The notes under the pieces were generated by a model. That model had not been told where the DNA came from and did not search any database. It saw nothing but the letters and a program-made list of their open reading frames with translations. From the NCBI GenBank assembly GCA_964464605.1, contig CAYXJN010000009.1:126001-184463 (forward strand): a DNA stretch of 58,463 bases. The letters run 5' to 3'. This DNA is from an uncultured Ignavibacteriales bacterium (GTDB lineage Bacteria; Zixibacteria; MSB-5A5; GN15; FEB-12). Each line of letters begins with the position of its first letter. Within the stretch, counting starts at the first letter, position 1. Below, piece after piece: positions 29,007 to 38,764 of the stretch. The position numbers and the translations under genes are program-made.

Positions 29007-29381
29007 ATGCGACTGTTGGAAATTCATTTGGAAGTTGAAGACCTCGAACGGTCGACCAATTTTTATACGGCGCTCTTGCCGCATCATAAACTAACCCGCT
29101 GGCAGGATGGCTCTGCGGTTGCGTTTGTGCTCGAAGATGGCGCTGCATTTGGCTTATGGAAAAAAGGAAAACGGGGACTGCATAACGGACAGGGGGGAGA
29201 ACATGTCCATTTTGCCTTTCAGATTGCGCCGGAGGAATATGATGTCTATAAATCGAAACTGGAAACGGTCGGTGTTGAAGTATTAGAACATCGCTGGAAC
29301 AACGGACATCGCTCGTTGTACTTCTTCGATCCGGACGGTCATCAGGGGGAATTCATGACCTGCGATTGGATAGCTTTATAA
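29007..29381 (+). CDS. VOC/glyoxalase family protein
   Basis: VEDLERSTNFY, HFAF, RSLYFFDPDGHQGEF. Confidence 0.9.
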   Translation: MRLLEIHLEVEDLERSTNFYTALLPHHKLTRWQDGSAVAFVLEDGAAFGLWKKGKRGLHNGQGGEHVHFAFQIAPEEYDVYKSKLETVGVEVLEHRWNNGHRSLYFFDPDGHQGEFMTCDWIAL

Positions 29382-30934
29382 GCTTCCTGCTTTTGTTTTG
29401 CCCCCTCTGTTAATCTTTCCGATTTATAGATCCACGCTTCGTGTGTTTTATTATGCTTCGGGTTCATTACGTGCAGCAAATAATCAATTGTCGACGGTGC
29501 AACATAATCGACCATAACCGGCGCTTCGAAAATTTTGCCAAGCGAATCGATATATGCCTCTTTTTTCTCCGGTGTCGGAGGATAGACCAAACAGTAAAAC
29601 GGTCCGGTAGAAAGCGTATCCGGAATCACGAGTGTATCGAACTCGATCCATTTATGAAAACTGATACGCCGCGGCGCGCCGATAGTCGCATAATCAAACG
29701 GAAATATCCGTCGCGTTTCCGGGGTGAAAAAGACAACGACTGACTCTTTCGGACGGTTTTCCAATCGTACTAACGGTTCCACTTCCCCTTTGTGTCCATA
29801 ATTCATCGTGAACAGCGGCAACAAAATCAGATTGAGTATGCCAGCGTAAATGAGTAGCCCCCGTATCCGTTTCCCCTGCACCCACCATCCCTTTGCCTTG
29901 ACGGTGTACCAAAGCGTCAATGTGAAAATAACAATCAGCGGATACAACAGCGGAATCATAAACCGCTCTTGCCGATTTTGCTGAATCGTATGCAGAATAA
30001 TAAAGCTGACGGTACTCAGCAAAAGCGGAAGATGTTCTCGCCACAATTGTTTACGGGCAGTCAAATACCCCAATACCAGTGATACCGGCGGGAAGAACAT
30101 AGCTAACAGGACGCCGACATAAATAAAATGAGAGGTATTATACAGCGACCCTTCCCGCGTCCCCTGCTCTAAATGTCCGAATGTCCCCCCCCACCACCGT
30201 CCTAACAGCGTATACTCAAACAATCCACTGAACAAAAAGATAACCAGAAACCCGACCGACCAAAAGACCGCCGGTTTGATACTTCGCTTTTGCCACCAGA
30301 GTGCCAGCGGTACGGCTATAGCTGCCGCAGCGAGTTGAAACCGGAACATCCAGCCGATTCCGGCAAACAAACCGGAAACGATAAGCGAACGGTTCGCATC
30401 GACTTCTTCACGCGGATACAAAAAGAACAACGAGAGAATCCAAAAATTACTGCCGACCATTTCGATCAGGTTTCGAACCGAAAGAAACGGTAATGCAAAA
30501 TGCGCCGCCGCCAATAATCCCGCGCCGAACGCCCAGTATTTTGCCTTTGTTATCCGTGCTGTTATCCGGTAAACCGCCCACACCCCGACCAGCGAAAGCG
30601 AAGCATGCGCAAAACGGACAACATACATCAGGCCGTCAAGCGAAGTCACCCCCATGCTATACAGCGGCTTCATCATTCCGTACAGCAAAAGGGTATAGAG
30701 CGGATTGCGGGCAACTGTCTCGGCGCTCTTTCCCGCCCAGACTAAATTGCCATCGATATCATACTCACCGTTGACTAACCAATCACAGACAATTCGAACC
30801 GTTTGAAAATGATCATCGGAGGCCATAAACCCTTTGGAAAACAGAACGGATAAAAGCCGCAGCCCGATGGCAACCCCCATGACCACAGACAGCGGATATT
30901 TTTCAACAAGCTGTTTGACGGAAGATTTTGACAT
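29342..30934 (-). CDS. GT-C glycosyltransferase, Alg9/PIG-B (GT22) mannosyltransferase-like
   Basis: Multi-TM; loop-1 acidic motif SDDHFQ; MFRFQ; RQERFMIP resembling HKExRFxxP. Confidence 0.65.
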   Translation of the reverse strand: MSKSSVKQLVEKYPLSVVMGVAIGLRLLSVLFSKGFMASDDHFQTVRIVCDWLVNGEYDIDGNLVWAGKSAETVARNPLYTLLLYGMMKPLYSMGVTSLDGLMYVVRFAHASLSLVGVWAVYRITARITKAKYWAFGAGLLAAAHFALPFLSVRNLIEMVGSNFWILSLFFLYPREEVDANRSLIVSGLFAGIGWMFRFQLAAAAIAVPLALWWQKRSIKPAVFWSVGFLVIFLFSGLFEYTLLGRWWGGTFGHLEQGTREGSLYNTSHFIYVGVLLAMFFPPVSLVLGYLTARKQLWREHLPLLLSTVSFIILHTIQQNRQERFMIPLLYPLIVIFTLTLWYTVKAKGWWVQGKRIRGLLIYAGILNLILLPLFTMNYGHKGEVEPLVRLENRPKESVVVFFTPETRRIFPFDYATIGAPRRISFHKWIEFDTLVIPDTLSTGPFYCLVYPPTPEKKEAYIDSLGKIFEAPVMVDYVAPSTIDYLLHVMNPKHNKTHEAWIYKSERLTEGAKQKQEAYKAIQSQVMNSP

Positions 30935-31012
30935 TGCATCGAAATAGTAGATTTATAGCGCAGCCGGAGCAATCTTTATTTTACTTTCTGTGTACGAGTA
31001 ATATACTGCGAT

Positions 31013-32605
31013 ATGACACTACGTTTCCGAGCAAAGCGACACCTATATGCAACAGCCATACTGTTATTGACTGTATTCGCACAAAACGCAAAAGCAGAAT
31101 CCTCTTTCAATCTTGATTCACTGTTAATCCAGTCGGTCGGTGGCAAAAGCGCGGCAACAGCGTTTCAAAAGTTAACATCAATTAAAATGACCGGAAAACT
31201 TGATCTCAATGGGCTGCATGGAACAATTACCTCGGTATACGCACTTCCGAACAAATACCACACCGAAATTAATTTCGCCGCCTTTTCATTTGCCGCCGGT
31301 TATGATGGCGTCTCCGCATGGCAGCGAAATTACAACGGACAGTATGCTGCGCTCACCGGCTATGAACGGGACGAACTGGTGGAGGGTGTTTATTTTGAGT
31401 CAATGCAGTTTCTGTATGACACCAGCGCAATCTATCGCGGTCGGGTGACCCGTGACAGCGCGCAGTTTCACGAAGTCGGTTTCTTCCCTATTAGCACACT
31501 CGACACGGTACTGGTCTATTTTGACGTCGCCACCGGAAAACGGCGCATGATGCGCTCTAAACTGGATAATGCCGTCAATATGTCATACATCGAAAGAGAC
31601 ACGGTCATAAACGGCATTACTTTCCCGACCGTGCTTCGCGTCCAATCCACCGCCGCCGATCTGAATTCTACAATTGAAATCACTGCGATGACATTCAATG
31701 AACCGGTCACCGATTCCTTGTTTACTCTCCCGATAGGTTCATTAACCAACTACCGGTTTCCTGATAACCAAAAAGAAGTCACCGTACCATTTGCCTATGA
31801 GAACGGTCATATTGTCGTCGAAGCGACCGTCAATGGTAAATACAAAGTCCGTTTCATTCTCGATAGCGGAGCATCGACGAATGTTTTTGATGCCCTTCTC
31901 ACCCGTGATGCCGCCCTGCAAACGGTCGGCTCACTCCCCGGAAAAGGAGTTAGCGGCTTTACCTCGATCGATCTGGTCAAAGTTGATTCCATCAATGTCG
32001 CCGGCGCGGTTTTGTTGAATCAAGTCGGCGGCAGTTTTGATATCGTTTCCCTCCTTCCGAAAAGCGGTGACACCGGTGCATATCGGGGAATTCTCGGTTA
32101 TGATTTTCTTACCCGTTTTCCTATCCTCGTGGATTACCAAAATCGAACATTGACGCTGTATAATCCGAAAACATTCGAAGCACCGGACGGCGGCACTGTT
32201 GTTCCGTTCACCTTGACGATTTCGATTCCCACTGTTCAAGCGAGACTGAATGATCTCCCCGGTAATTTCATTGTCGATTTAGGGAACGCACACGGTGTGA
32301 TCGTGCATCCGTACTATGCCCAATCAAGCAATCTACTTGCTACACTAAAAAATCGTCGATCCGACAGCGGGCAAGTCGGCGGCGTCGGCGGCATGCTGAC
32401 AAGTGAAATTGCAACCGTCGAACGCTTTCAAATCGGCGACCTTGTTGTCAATGATGTCGAGATTAAGCTCCCGGAATCTTCTGAAGGTGTTACCGGCTCG
32501 GAAGAACTCGCGGGTAACATTGGAAATGAGTTTTTGCAAAACTATCGACTGCTTTTAGACTATTCAACAAACCGGCTTATTCTCTATTCACCTAAACCCC
32601 AATAA
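31013..32605 (+). CDS. Secreted aspartyl protease family protein (tandem retropepsin-like domains)
   Basis: Signal peptide; FILDSGAS + GILGYDFL; FIVDLGNA + GNIGNEFL. Confidence 0.85.
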   Translation: MTLRFRAKRHLYATAILLLTVFAQNAKAESSFNLDSLLIQSVGGKSAATAFQKLTSIKMTGKLDLNGLHGTITSVYALPNKYHTEINFAAFSFAAGYDGVSAWQRNYNGQYAALTGYERDELVEGVYFESMQFLYDTSAIYRGRVTRDSAQFHEVGFFPISTLDTVLVYFDVATGKRRMMRSKLDNAVNMSYIERDTVINGITFPTVLRVQSTAADLNSTIEITAMTFNEPVTDSLFTLPIGSLTNYRFPDNQKEVTVPFAYENGHIVVEATVNGKYKVRFILDSGASTNVFDALLTRDAALQTVGSLPGKGVSGFTSIDLVKVDSINVAGAVLLNQVGGSFDIVSLLPKSGDTGAYRGILGYDFLTRFPILVDYQNRTLTLYNPKTFEAPDGGTVVPFTLTISIPTVQARLNDLPGNFIVDLGNAHGVIVHPYYAQSSNLLATLKNRRSDSGQVGGVGGMLTSEIATVERFQIGDLVVNDVEIKLPESSEGVTGSEELAGNIGNEFLQNYRLLLDYSTNRLILYSPKPQ

Positions 32606-32745
32606 CCTCTTTTATTCGTTATGGTTACGCCAGCAGCAAAAGCTAAAAACTTCTGCTATCCCGCTTGCCTAAACCGCCTTCGTACCGATATATTTACAAT
32701 CCCATGAACGCTCACTGTTCGACAGCATCGAAACGGAGGAAACCG

Positions 32746-33489
32746 GTGTATACCTACGTGAAACTTTCCACTCTTGCCTGCCTCGTTTTTCTGGTTTTCA
32801 CTGTTTCAGTCGTTACCGCTCAGGAAGAAGAAAAGAAAAGTTCTTCGATACCGGAGTTCAGCCGCCGTCATCAGGGCGGTGTGCGTATCGGTGCATGGGT
32901 GAATCTTGGCGATAAACCGCCGGCCAGCTACAGCAACGACGCTTACTTAACCACGACGAATATCAACAATGCCAACATGTACGGCGAAGCCTTTGTCGCC
33001 TTCCGGCTTATACCCCATATAATGCTCGAACTGGCAATCGGAGTGGTCAATCGCGGCACGATCACTACCTATGACTCTACAACCGGTGAAGACAGAGTCG
33101 GTAACCTGTATATCAATCCTGTGCTGACACAGTTTCGCATTTATCCCTTCGCTTCCGTAAATAGTAAAATTCAACCTTGGATAAGCGGTGGCGGCGGAAT
33201 GTATTTCGGACGCCGCAGTATCCAGTTCATCGACTTGGGTGAAAGTTATGGTGATTATTACGGTGACTTCACCGAAGATAACCAGACGAAATTCAATTAC
33301 ACGTTAGGCGGTGGTTTCGATTGGATACTCGGCAAATCGATCGCCTTGGAAGCAAGCGGCCGCTATATGCCGCTTTCCTTCGATGAAGGTCTTGCTTTAA
33401 TAGATTCATACGATGCCCTCTCGATTACCGTTGGCATCAAATATGTATTTGAGATAAAAAAAGATTCGCATAGTGGAGGAAGACGATGA
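32746..33489 (+). CDS. Outer-membrane beta-barrel protein (OmpW/OmpA-like)
   Basis: Signal peptide; QPWISGGGG, YTLGGGFDW, ITVGIKYVF; GTG 32746 after GGAGG (ORF track starts 32665). Confidence 0.7.
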   Translation: MYTYVKLSTLACLVFLVFTVSVVTAQEEEKKSSSIPEFSRRHQGGVRIGAWVNLGDKPPASYSNDAYLTTTNINNANMYGEAFVAFRLIPHIMLELAIGVVNRGTITTYDSTTGEDRVGNLYINPVLTQFRIYPFASVNSKIQPWISGGGGMYFGRRSIQFIDLGESYGDYYGDFTEDNQTKFNYTLGGGFDWILGKSIALEASGRYMPLSFDEGLALIDSYDALSITVGIKYVFEIKKDSHSGGRR

Positions 33490-34475
33490 AATACGGAATA
33501 AACGGATTCGGCCGTATCGGACGGCTGGTGTTAAAGGCATCGCGCAACAGCGGACTGGAATGTGTCGGTATCAATGATATCACCGATGCCGCAACCCTTG
33601 CCCACCTGTTGAAATATGATTCCGTGCATGGCCGTTATCCCGGCGAAGTCCGCGCCGATGGCAACAATATCATTATCGATGGCAAAACAATTCCGGTTTC
33701 TGCACATAAAGATCCGTCTGAAATTCCATGGAAATCATGGGGTGCCGATATTGTTTTGGAATGTACCGGTAAATTTACGAGTAAAGAATCCTGCGAGCCG
33801 CACTTCAAAGCCGGCGCAAAAAAAGTGCTGATCTCTGCTCCGGCTAAAGGACATGACGGCACGTTTATTCCGGGCATCAACTGCAGCAAGTACGACAAGA
33901 GCAAACACCATGTTATCTCTATCGGTTCCTGCACCACCAACTGTCTTGCCCCGGTGGCGAAAGTGCTGATGGATAACTTCGGTATCGTCAAAGGATTCAT
34001 GACCACCATCCATGCTTACACCAATGACCAGAAGATTCAGGATTCCCCGCACAAAGACCTCCGTCGCGCCCGCGCTGCAGCGGTTTCGCTGATTCCGACC
34101 TCAACCGGTGCCGCGAAAGCGATTTCGGAAGTGATTCCAGAATTGAAAGGAAAGATGGATGGCGTCGCCATCCGCGTCCCCACTGTCGATGGCTCTATGG
34201 TCGACTTGACGGTAATTCTTGAAAAAGAAGCAACTGTCCAACAGATCAACGATGCCTTCAAAAAAGTGGCGAACTCAAACGAGAAAATTGCCAATACGCT
34301 CGAATACTGCGAAGACCCGATCGTGTCAGTCGATATCATCGGCAACCCGCACGGTTCAATCGTTGACGCGCAGTTGACCCAGGCACAGGGAACGCTCGTA
34401 AAAGTGTTCAGCTGGTACGATAACGAGTGGGGATTTTCCAACCGTATGGTTGATATGATGAAGATGATGCTGTAA
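33486..34475 (+). CDS. gap: Type I glyceraldehyde-3-phosphate dehydrogenase
   Basis: GINGFGRIGR, SCTTNCLAP, DLRRARAAA, SWYDNEWG. Confidence 0.98.
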   Translation: MKYGINGFGRIGRLVLKASRNSGLECVGINDITDAATLAHLLKYDSVHGRYPGEVRADGNNIIIDGKTIPVSAHKDPSEIPWKSWGADIVLECTGKFTSKESCEPHFKAGAKKVLISAPAKGHDGTFIPGINCSKYDKSKHHVISIGSCTTNCLAPVAKVLMDNFGIVKGFMTTIHAYTNDQKIQDSPHKDLRRARAAAVSLIPTSTGAAKAISEVIPELKGKMDGVAIRVPTVDGSMVDLTVILEKEATVQQINDAFKKVANSNEKIANTLEYCEDPIVSVDIIGNPHGSIVDAQLTQAQGTLVKVFSWYDNEWGFSNRMVDMMKMML

Positions 34476-34489
34476 GCCGGAGATATACG

Positions 34490-35704
34490 ATGAATAAAGT
34501 TTCTGTCAATGATATCAATTTCCGTTCCCACAAAGCGCTGGTGCGCGTCGACTTTAATGTCCCGCTCAATGACAAGCGGGAGATAACCGATGACCGCCGC
34601 ATTCGTGAAGCGCTCCCTACCATTAAGAAAATCCTGAAAGATGGCGGCATGGTTATCGCCTGTTCCCATCTTGGCCGTCCGAAAAAAGGACCGGATCCGG
34701 CGTTATCACTACGCCCTGCCGCAGAACGTCTTTCGGAATTGCTCGGGAAACCGGTACAGTTCGCTGAAGATTGTATCGGTCCGGAAGCATCAAATGTTGT
34801 CGGCCGCATGAAAGATGGCGACTGTGTATTGCTCGAAAACCTTCGTTTCCATCCGCAGGAAGAGGCGAACGATCCTGAATTCGCCAAAAAGTTAGCCTCG
34901 CTTGCTGATATTTACGTCAATGATGCCTTCGGTTCCGCCCATCGTGCCCATGCATCCACCGAAGGCGCAACTCGCTTTTTCAATCAGTCGGTAGCAGGAT
35001 ACCTGATGGAAAAGGAACTGAAATATCTCGGCATGGCGCTCGGTAATCCGCAGCGTCCCTTTGCTGCGATTTTAGGCGGCGCGAAGATTTCCGGAAAAAT
35101 CGATGTCATCACCAATTTGATGGACAAAGTCGATATGCTCTTCATTGGCGGCGGTATGGTTTTCACCTTCGCCAAAGCGATGGGCTACCAGATTGGCGAT
35201 TCTTTGTTGGAAGCTGACAAAGTCGAACTCGCCCGTGAGATTATTGCCAAATGCAAAACCTCGAAAGCGAAATTGTATTTCCCGGTCGATGCCGTCATCG
35301 CCTCTGAAATCTCCGATACCGCAACCACCAAAGTTGTCGAGATCGACAAGATTCCGGACGGCATGAAAGGGCTTGATATCGGTCCCAGCACAATCAAATT
35401 GTTCTCGGATACATTGAAAGATGCCAAAACAATCGTCTGGAACGGCCCAATGGGTGTGTTTGAACATAAACCGTTTGCCCAGGGGACACTCGCTGTTGCC
35501 AAACTGCTTGCAGACCTGACCGCCAAAGGCGCAATCACGGTCGTCGGCGGTGGTGATTCTGCCGCGGCAGTCGCCGATGCCGGAGTTGAGGACAAGCTGA
35601 CCCATATTTCCACCGGCGGCGGCGCTTCGCTTGAATTTTTGGAAGGCAAAAAACTGCCGGGCGTTGAAGCCTTAACGAACCTCAGTAATGTTCCGGTCAG
35701 ATGA
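34490..35704 (+). CDS. pgk: Phosphoglycerate kinase
   Basis: RVDFNVP, SHLGRP, LLENLRF, NDAFGSAHRAHAS, WNGPMG, STGGGASLE. Confidence 0.98.
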   Translation: MNKVSVNDINFRSHKALVRVDFNVPLNDKREITDDRRIREALPTIKKILKDGGMVIACSHLGRPKKGPDPALSLRPAAERLSELLGKPVQFAEDCIGPEASNVVGRMKDGDCVLLENLRFHPQEEANDPEFAKKLASLADIYVNDAFGSAHRAHASTEGATRFFNQSVAGYLMEKELKYLGMALGNPQRPFAAILGGAKISGKIDVITNLMDKVDMLFIGGGMVFTFAKAMGYQIGDSLLEADKVELAREIIAKCKTSKAKLYFPVDAVIASEISDTATTKVVEIDKIPDGMKGLDIGPSTIKLFSDTLKDAKTIVWNGPMGVFEHKPFAQGTLAVAKLLADLTAKGAITVVGGGDSAAAVADAGVEDKLTHISTGGGASLEFLEGKKLPGVEALTNLSNVPVR

Positions 35705-36459
35705 GCGCTCGTAAGCGAATAATTGCCGGTAACTGGAAAATGAACGGCACACATCAGGAAGCACAAACGCTGATCGATGCCCTCAAAGCCGAACTTGCCT
35801 CCGTGCAGTTTACCTGCGACGTGGTCATCTGTCCCCCGTTTACCGCTATCCCCGGCGCCGGTTGGATGTTAAAAGGGAGCCCGATAAAGCTGGGGGCACA
35901 GGACGTTTCCCGGCATAAGTCAGGAGCCTACACCGGCGAGGTCTCAGCCGCCATGCTCTTGACACTGGGGGTCAGCCACGTTATCATTGGCCACTCGGAA
36001 CGACGGCAATACCATGCTGAGGGTGAAGACCTGATTGGCAGTAAAGTCGTTGCGGCGCTTGAGGCTGGCTTAACCCCGATAGTATGTGTCGGTGAAACAT
36101 TGACCGAACGGGAAATGAACACCACCAAGCCGATTATCGAGCGACAGGTTGTCGGAGCAATCGGTACGCTTTCCGCCGAACAGTTATCTCGTATCGTGAT
36201 CGCTTACGAACCGGTATGGGCAATTGGAACAGGAAAAACCGCGACTCCGGAAATGGCTCAGGAAGTGCACGCATATATTCGCGGCATCTTGAGCGGTATA
36301 AATAAAGCGAGTGGTCAAACCACTCCGATTTTGTATGGCGGTTCGGTAAAAGCCGATAACGCCGCCGGGTTGTTGTCGCAGCAGGATATAGACGGTGCCC
36401 TTGTCGGAGGTGCATCACTGAACGCGAAAGATTTTGCAGCGATTATAAAAGCTGCGTGA
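35701..36459 (+). CDS. tpiA: Triosephosphate isomerase
   Basis: AGNWKMN, GHSERR, AYEPVWAIGTG, YGGSV, LVGGASL. Confidence 0.98.
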   Translation: MSARKRIIAGNWKMNGTHQEAQTLIDALKAELASVQFTCDVVICPPFTAIPGAGWMLKGSPIKLGAQDVSRHKSGAYTGEVSAAMLLTLGVSHVIIGHSERRQYHAEGEDLIGSKVVAALEAGLTPIVCVGETLTEREMNTTKPIIERQVVGAIGTLSAEQLSRIVIAYEPVWAIGTGKTATPEMAQEVHAYIRGILSGINKASGQTTPILYGGSVKADNAAGLLSQQDIDGALVGGASLNAKDFAAIIKAA

Positions 36460-36467
36460 AAAGAACT

Positions 36468-36490
36468 GTAGCACACCCTTTAGGGTGTGA
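36468..36490 (+). repeat. REP-like palindrome copy 2 (GTAG-CACACCCTTTAGGGTGTG-A)
   Basis: Intergenic tpiA-secG; 22/23 identical to 18886-18908. Confidence 0.7.
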
Positions 36491-36530
36491 TTGTTTAGTT
36501 GATTTTTGATGTTTCGATAAGGAGATACAA

Positions 36531-36932
36531 TTGTTTACGGCATTAGTAATAATTCATGTCATTATCAGCGTCCTGCTGATTTTAGTCGTGCTGATGCAAT
36601 CCAGCAAAGGTGACGGTTTAGCCGGAGCAGCGTTTGGCGGTGGTCTTGGCGGCGCGGTGTTCGGTGGTCGCGGAACAGCGAATATTCTTTCCCGCGCAAC
36701 CGCGATACTCGCGACGGCATTCATGGTAATGTGTTTGGTGCTGGCATTTATGTCGAGCCAATCAGCCCGTCAGGCTGGTGCATCCTCAACCACTCCGGGT
36801 GAATCCTCGATTACCCGACAGGCACAGGCTGAACGTGACATGATGATGCAGCAGCAACAGCAGCAAGCGACCGATACGTCGGCTGTTCCTCCGGTGCAGA
36901 TTACCCCGACCACACCGGCCGACACACAGTAG
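36531..36932 (+). CDS. secG: Preprotein translocase subunit SecG
   Basis: LVVLMQSSKGDGLAG..FG..ILSRAT; tpiA-secG-tRNA-Leu synteny; TTG start after AAGGAG. Confidence 0.93.
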   Translation: MFTALVIIHVIISVLLILVVLMQSSKGDGLAGAAFGGGLGGAVFGGRGTANILSRATAILATAFMVMCLVLAFMSSQSARQAGASSTTPGESSITRQAQAERDMMMQQQQQQATDTSAVPPVQITPTTPADTQ

Positions 36933-36959
36933 TTTTTCACGCCTTTGGCGTGGCCGCTT

Positions 36960-37041
36960 GCGGAAGTGGCGAAATTGGTAGACGCACTATCTTGAGGGGG
37001 TAGCGGAGCAATCCATGCGGGTTCGAGTCCCGCCTTCCGCA
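36960..37041 (+). tRNA. tRNA-Leu (anticodon GAG), CCA not encoded
   Basis: GCGGAAG/CTTCCGC acceptor, D-loop TTGGTA, anticodon arm CTATC-TTGAGGG-GGTAG, long variable arm, GGTTCGAGTCC. Confidence 0.96.
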
Positions 37042-37087
37042 TTTTTGATTTATAAAAGGGTAGTTCACATAAAAGGCAGAGTGGTCC

Positions 37088-38764
37088 ATGAGCATTCCAA
37101 TCACAGTATCTCCCAAAATTGTAAGCAACATTGCAAACCAATATCAAAGTACTTCACGGATATTCATGGAGTACATTGATAACTCCCTTGATAGTGCGGA
37201 GAGTTTGTTTGATCAAACGAATCAATCTTACCCATATAAACTGAATATCAGCATCTCTATCAACTCTAAGGAAAAGACAGTCACGTTTGAAGATAACTGT
37301 ATAGGAATGGAAAAATCCACTTTATTGCGAATCGTACAACATATTGGTAACTCCGAAAAGAAAACCGACTTTACGACTAACGGGCAATTTGGTTTTGGAA
37401 TTCATGCTTATGCAGCCTGCTGCGATGAATTGATCGTTACTACTTTAATGAAGGGAAGTACCATAGCAAACAAAATGATTGTTACCAGAGATGCATATGA
37501 TAAAGGAGAAATTGCCGATCCAGTGACTGTTCCCAAAGATAGGCTGCCCATTTCTTCAGGTACAATCGTTAAGCTATCCAGATTTGATTCCGAGTGGTGG
37601 AAAGAAATAGCCATAGATGAACTCAAAAAGGAAATAGAAAAGCACTTTGAGCAATTACTTACGAGAAGCAATCTCGAAGTGAAGATTCGCTATGACAATC
37701 AAGAAGAGCTTTGCAAGCCTTTTGATTATGATGTCTACCAAGGCCAAACACTAGAACACGAAATTAGCGTGCTCGAAAGAGGAACCACAAAAAATGTTCT
37801 GCCAATGCCGATTCGTATTTTTTTAAAAGTTACCGATGACATAATCCCCAACAAAAGACCCATTTTTGTTAATAAAGGAAGAAGAATTGAAGAAGTACAG
37901 GCAATTAAATCATTCCGCAATAAATCCAAATACAGAACGGGGTTATGGGCACATAATAACTTAACTGGTTACATCGAAATTGTCGGACATTTAAGTCCTA
38001 CTTTAACTAGAGATGATTTCGTAAAAACAAGAAATCGCGGGCTGATATATGACGAAATCCGAGAATGGGAAGACGTGATTAATTCGGCTCTACAAGAAAT
38101 CAATAAGAAATCAGAATCTGAACATTTTGATAAACTAGAAAGTCTTTTATCAGAAGCTCTATCTAAACTTGCGCAGCAAGACCATCTTCGTTTTAGGACG
38201 CAAATATCTACAGGCGGACAAGATAATCTTATCACCAACGAACTCTCTGAAAATTCTATTTGGACTAAGTCACCGGGCGAAGGTGTTTCTAATCAATCTT
38301 CGGATCATACAGGGAAGACAAAGACACCGGTATCAGATACCGATGAAGAGACTAGTTTAAAAGGCAAAGAGCGAAAAAAATCCGGTTTCAATATTGAATT
38401 TCATGACAGGGAGCAAAAAAAAGCTGATGGAACACTTTTACGCTCCGATTACATAGAAGGTGGCGCAATAATCATCTATAAATCACATCCTGACTTTATG
38501 GATCGAGTAAAAAAAACTAATCAAGGAGATCCAAAGATTACCGAACGCTTAATCTCCTATCTCGCTTCCGAGATTGCCATACAGTATAAAGATAAGTTCT
38601 TTGCGGTCAGGGCTAAACAACCAGCCGTCCAAGAGTTACTCAATAGCCGTAAAGATCTATTTGTTGACATTTTTGATTTTGCATACCAATTCGAAAAAAT
38701 ACTACAGCCATTTGTAGGGAAGAACTTGCTCACTCTTGAAAATGAAGATGCCGAGAACAGTTAG
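37088..38764 (+). CDS. GHKL (Hsp90/MORC-like) ATPase
   Basis: Bergerat motifs MEYIDNSLDS, EDNCIGM, GQFGFGI, SGTIV; S5-like region TGYIEI..LSPTLTRDDF. Confidence 0.85.
   Translation: MSIPITVSPKIVSNIANQYQSTSRIFMEYIDNSLDSAESLFDQTNQSYPYKLNISISINSKEKTVTFEDNCIGMEKSTLLRIVQHIGNSEKKTDFTTNGQFGFGIHAYAACCDELIVTTLMKGSTIANKMIVTRDAYDKGEIADPVTVPKDRLPISSGTIVKLSRFDSEWWKEIAIDELKKEIEKHFEQLLTRSNLEVKIRYDNQEELCKPFDYDVYQGQTLEHEISVLERGTTKNVLPMPIRIFLKVTDDIIPNKRPIFVNKGRRIEEVQAIKSFRNKSKYRTGLWAHNNLTGYIEIVGHLSPTLTRDDFVKTRNRGLIYDEIREWEDVINSALQEINKKSESEHFDKLESLLSEALSKLAQQDHLRFRTQISTGGQDNLITNELSENSIWTKSPGEGVSNQSSDHTGKTKTPVSDTDEETSLKGKERKKSGFNIEFHDREQKKADGTLLRSDYIEGGAIIIYKSHPDFMDRVKKTNQGDPKITERLISYLASEIAIQYKDKFFAVRAKQPAVQELLNSRKDLFVDIFDFAYQFEKILQPFVGKNLLTLENEDAENS

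Noticed and set aside
35640..35704. Thermotoga-style PGK-TPI frameshift fusion
   Set aside because: tpiA is in the -1 frame, but the only A-run (A6 near 35648) is not a valid slippery heptamer and the -1 frame hits TGA before tpiA; ATGA overlap explains the junction.
36849..36866. CAG/CAA poly-Gln run in secG as contingency repeat
   Set aside because: Only six mixed codons in a disordered tail; in-frame and unremarkable.
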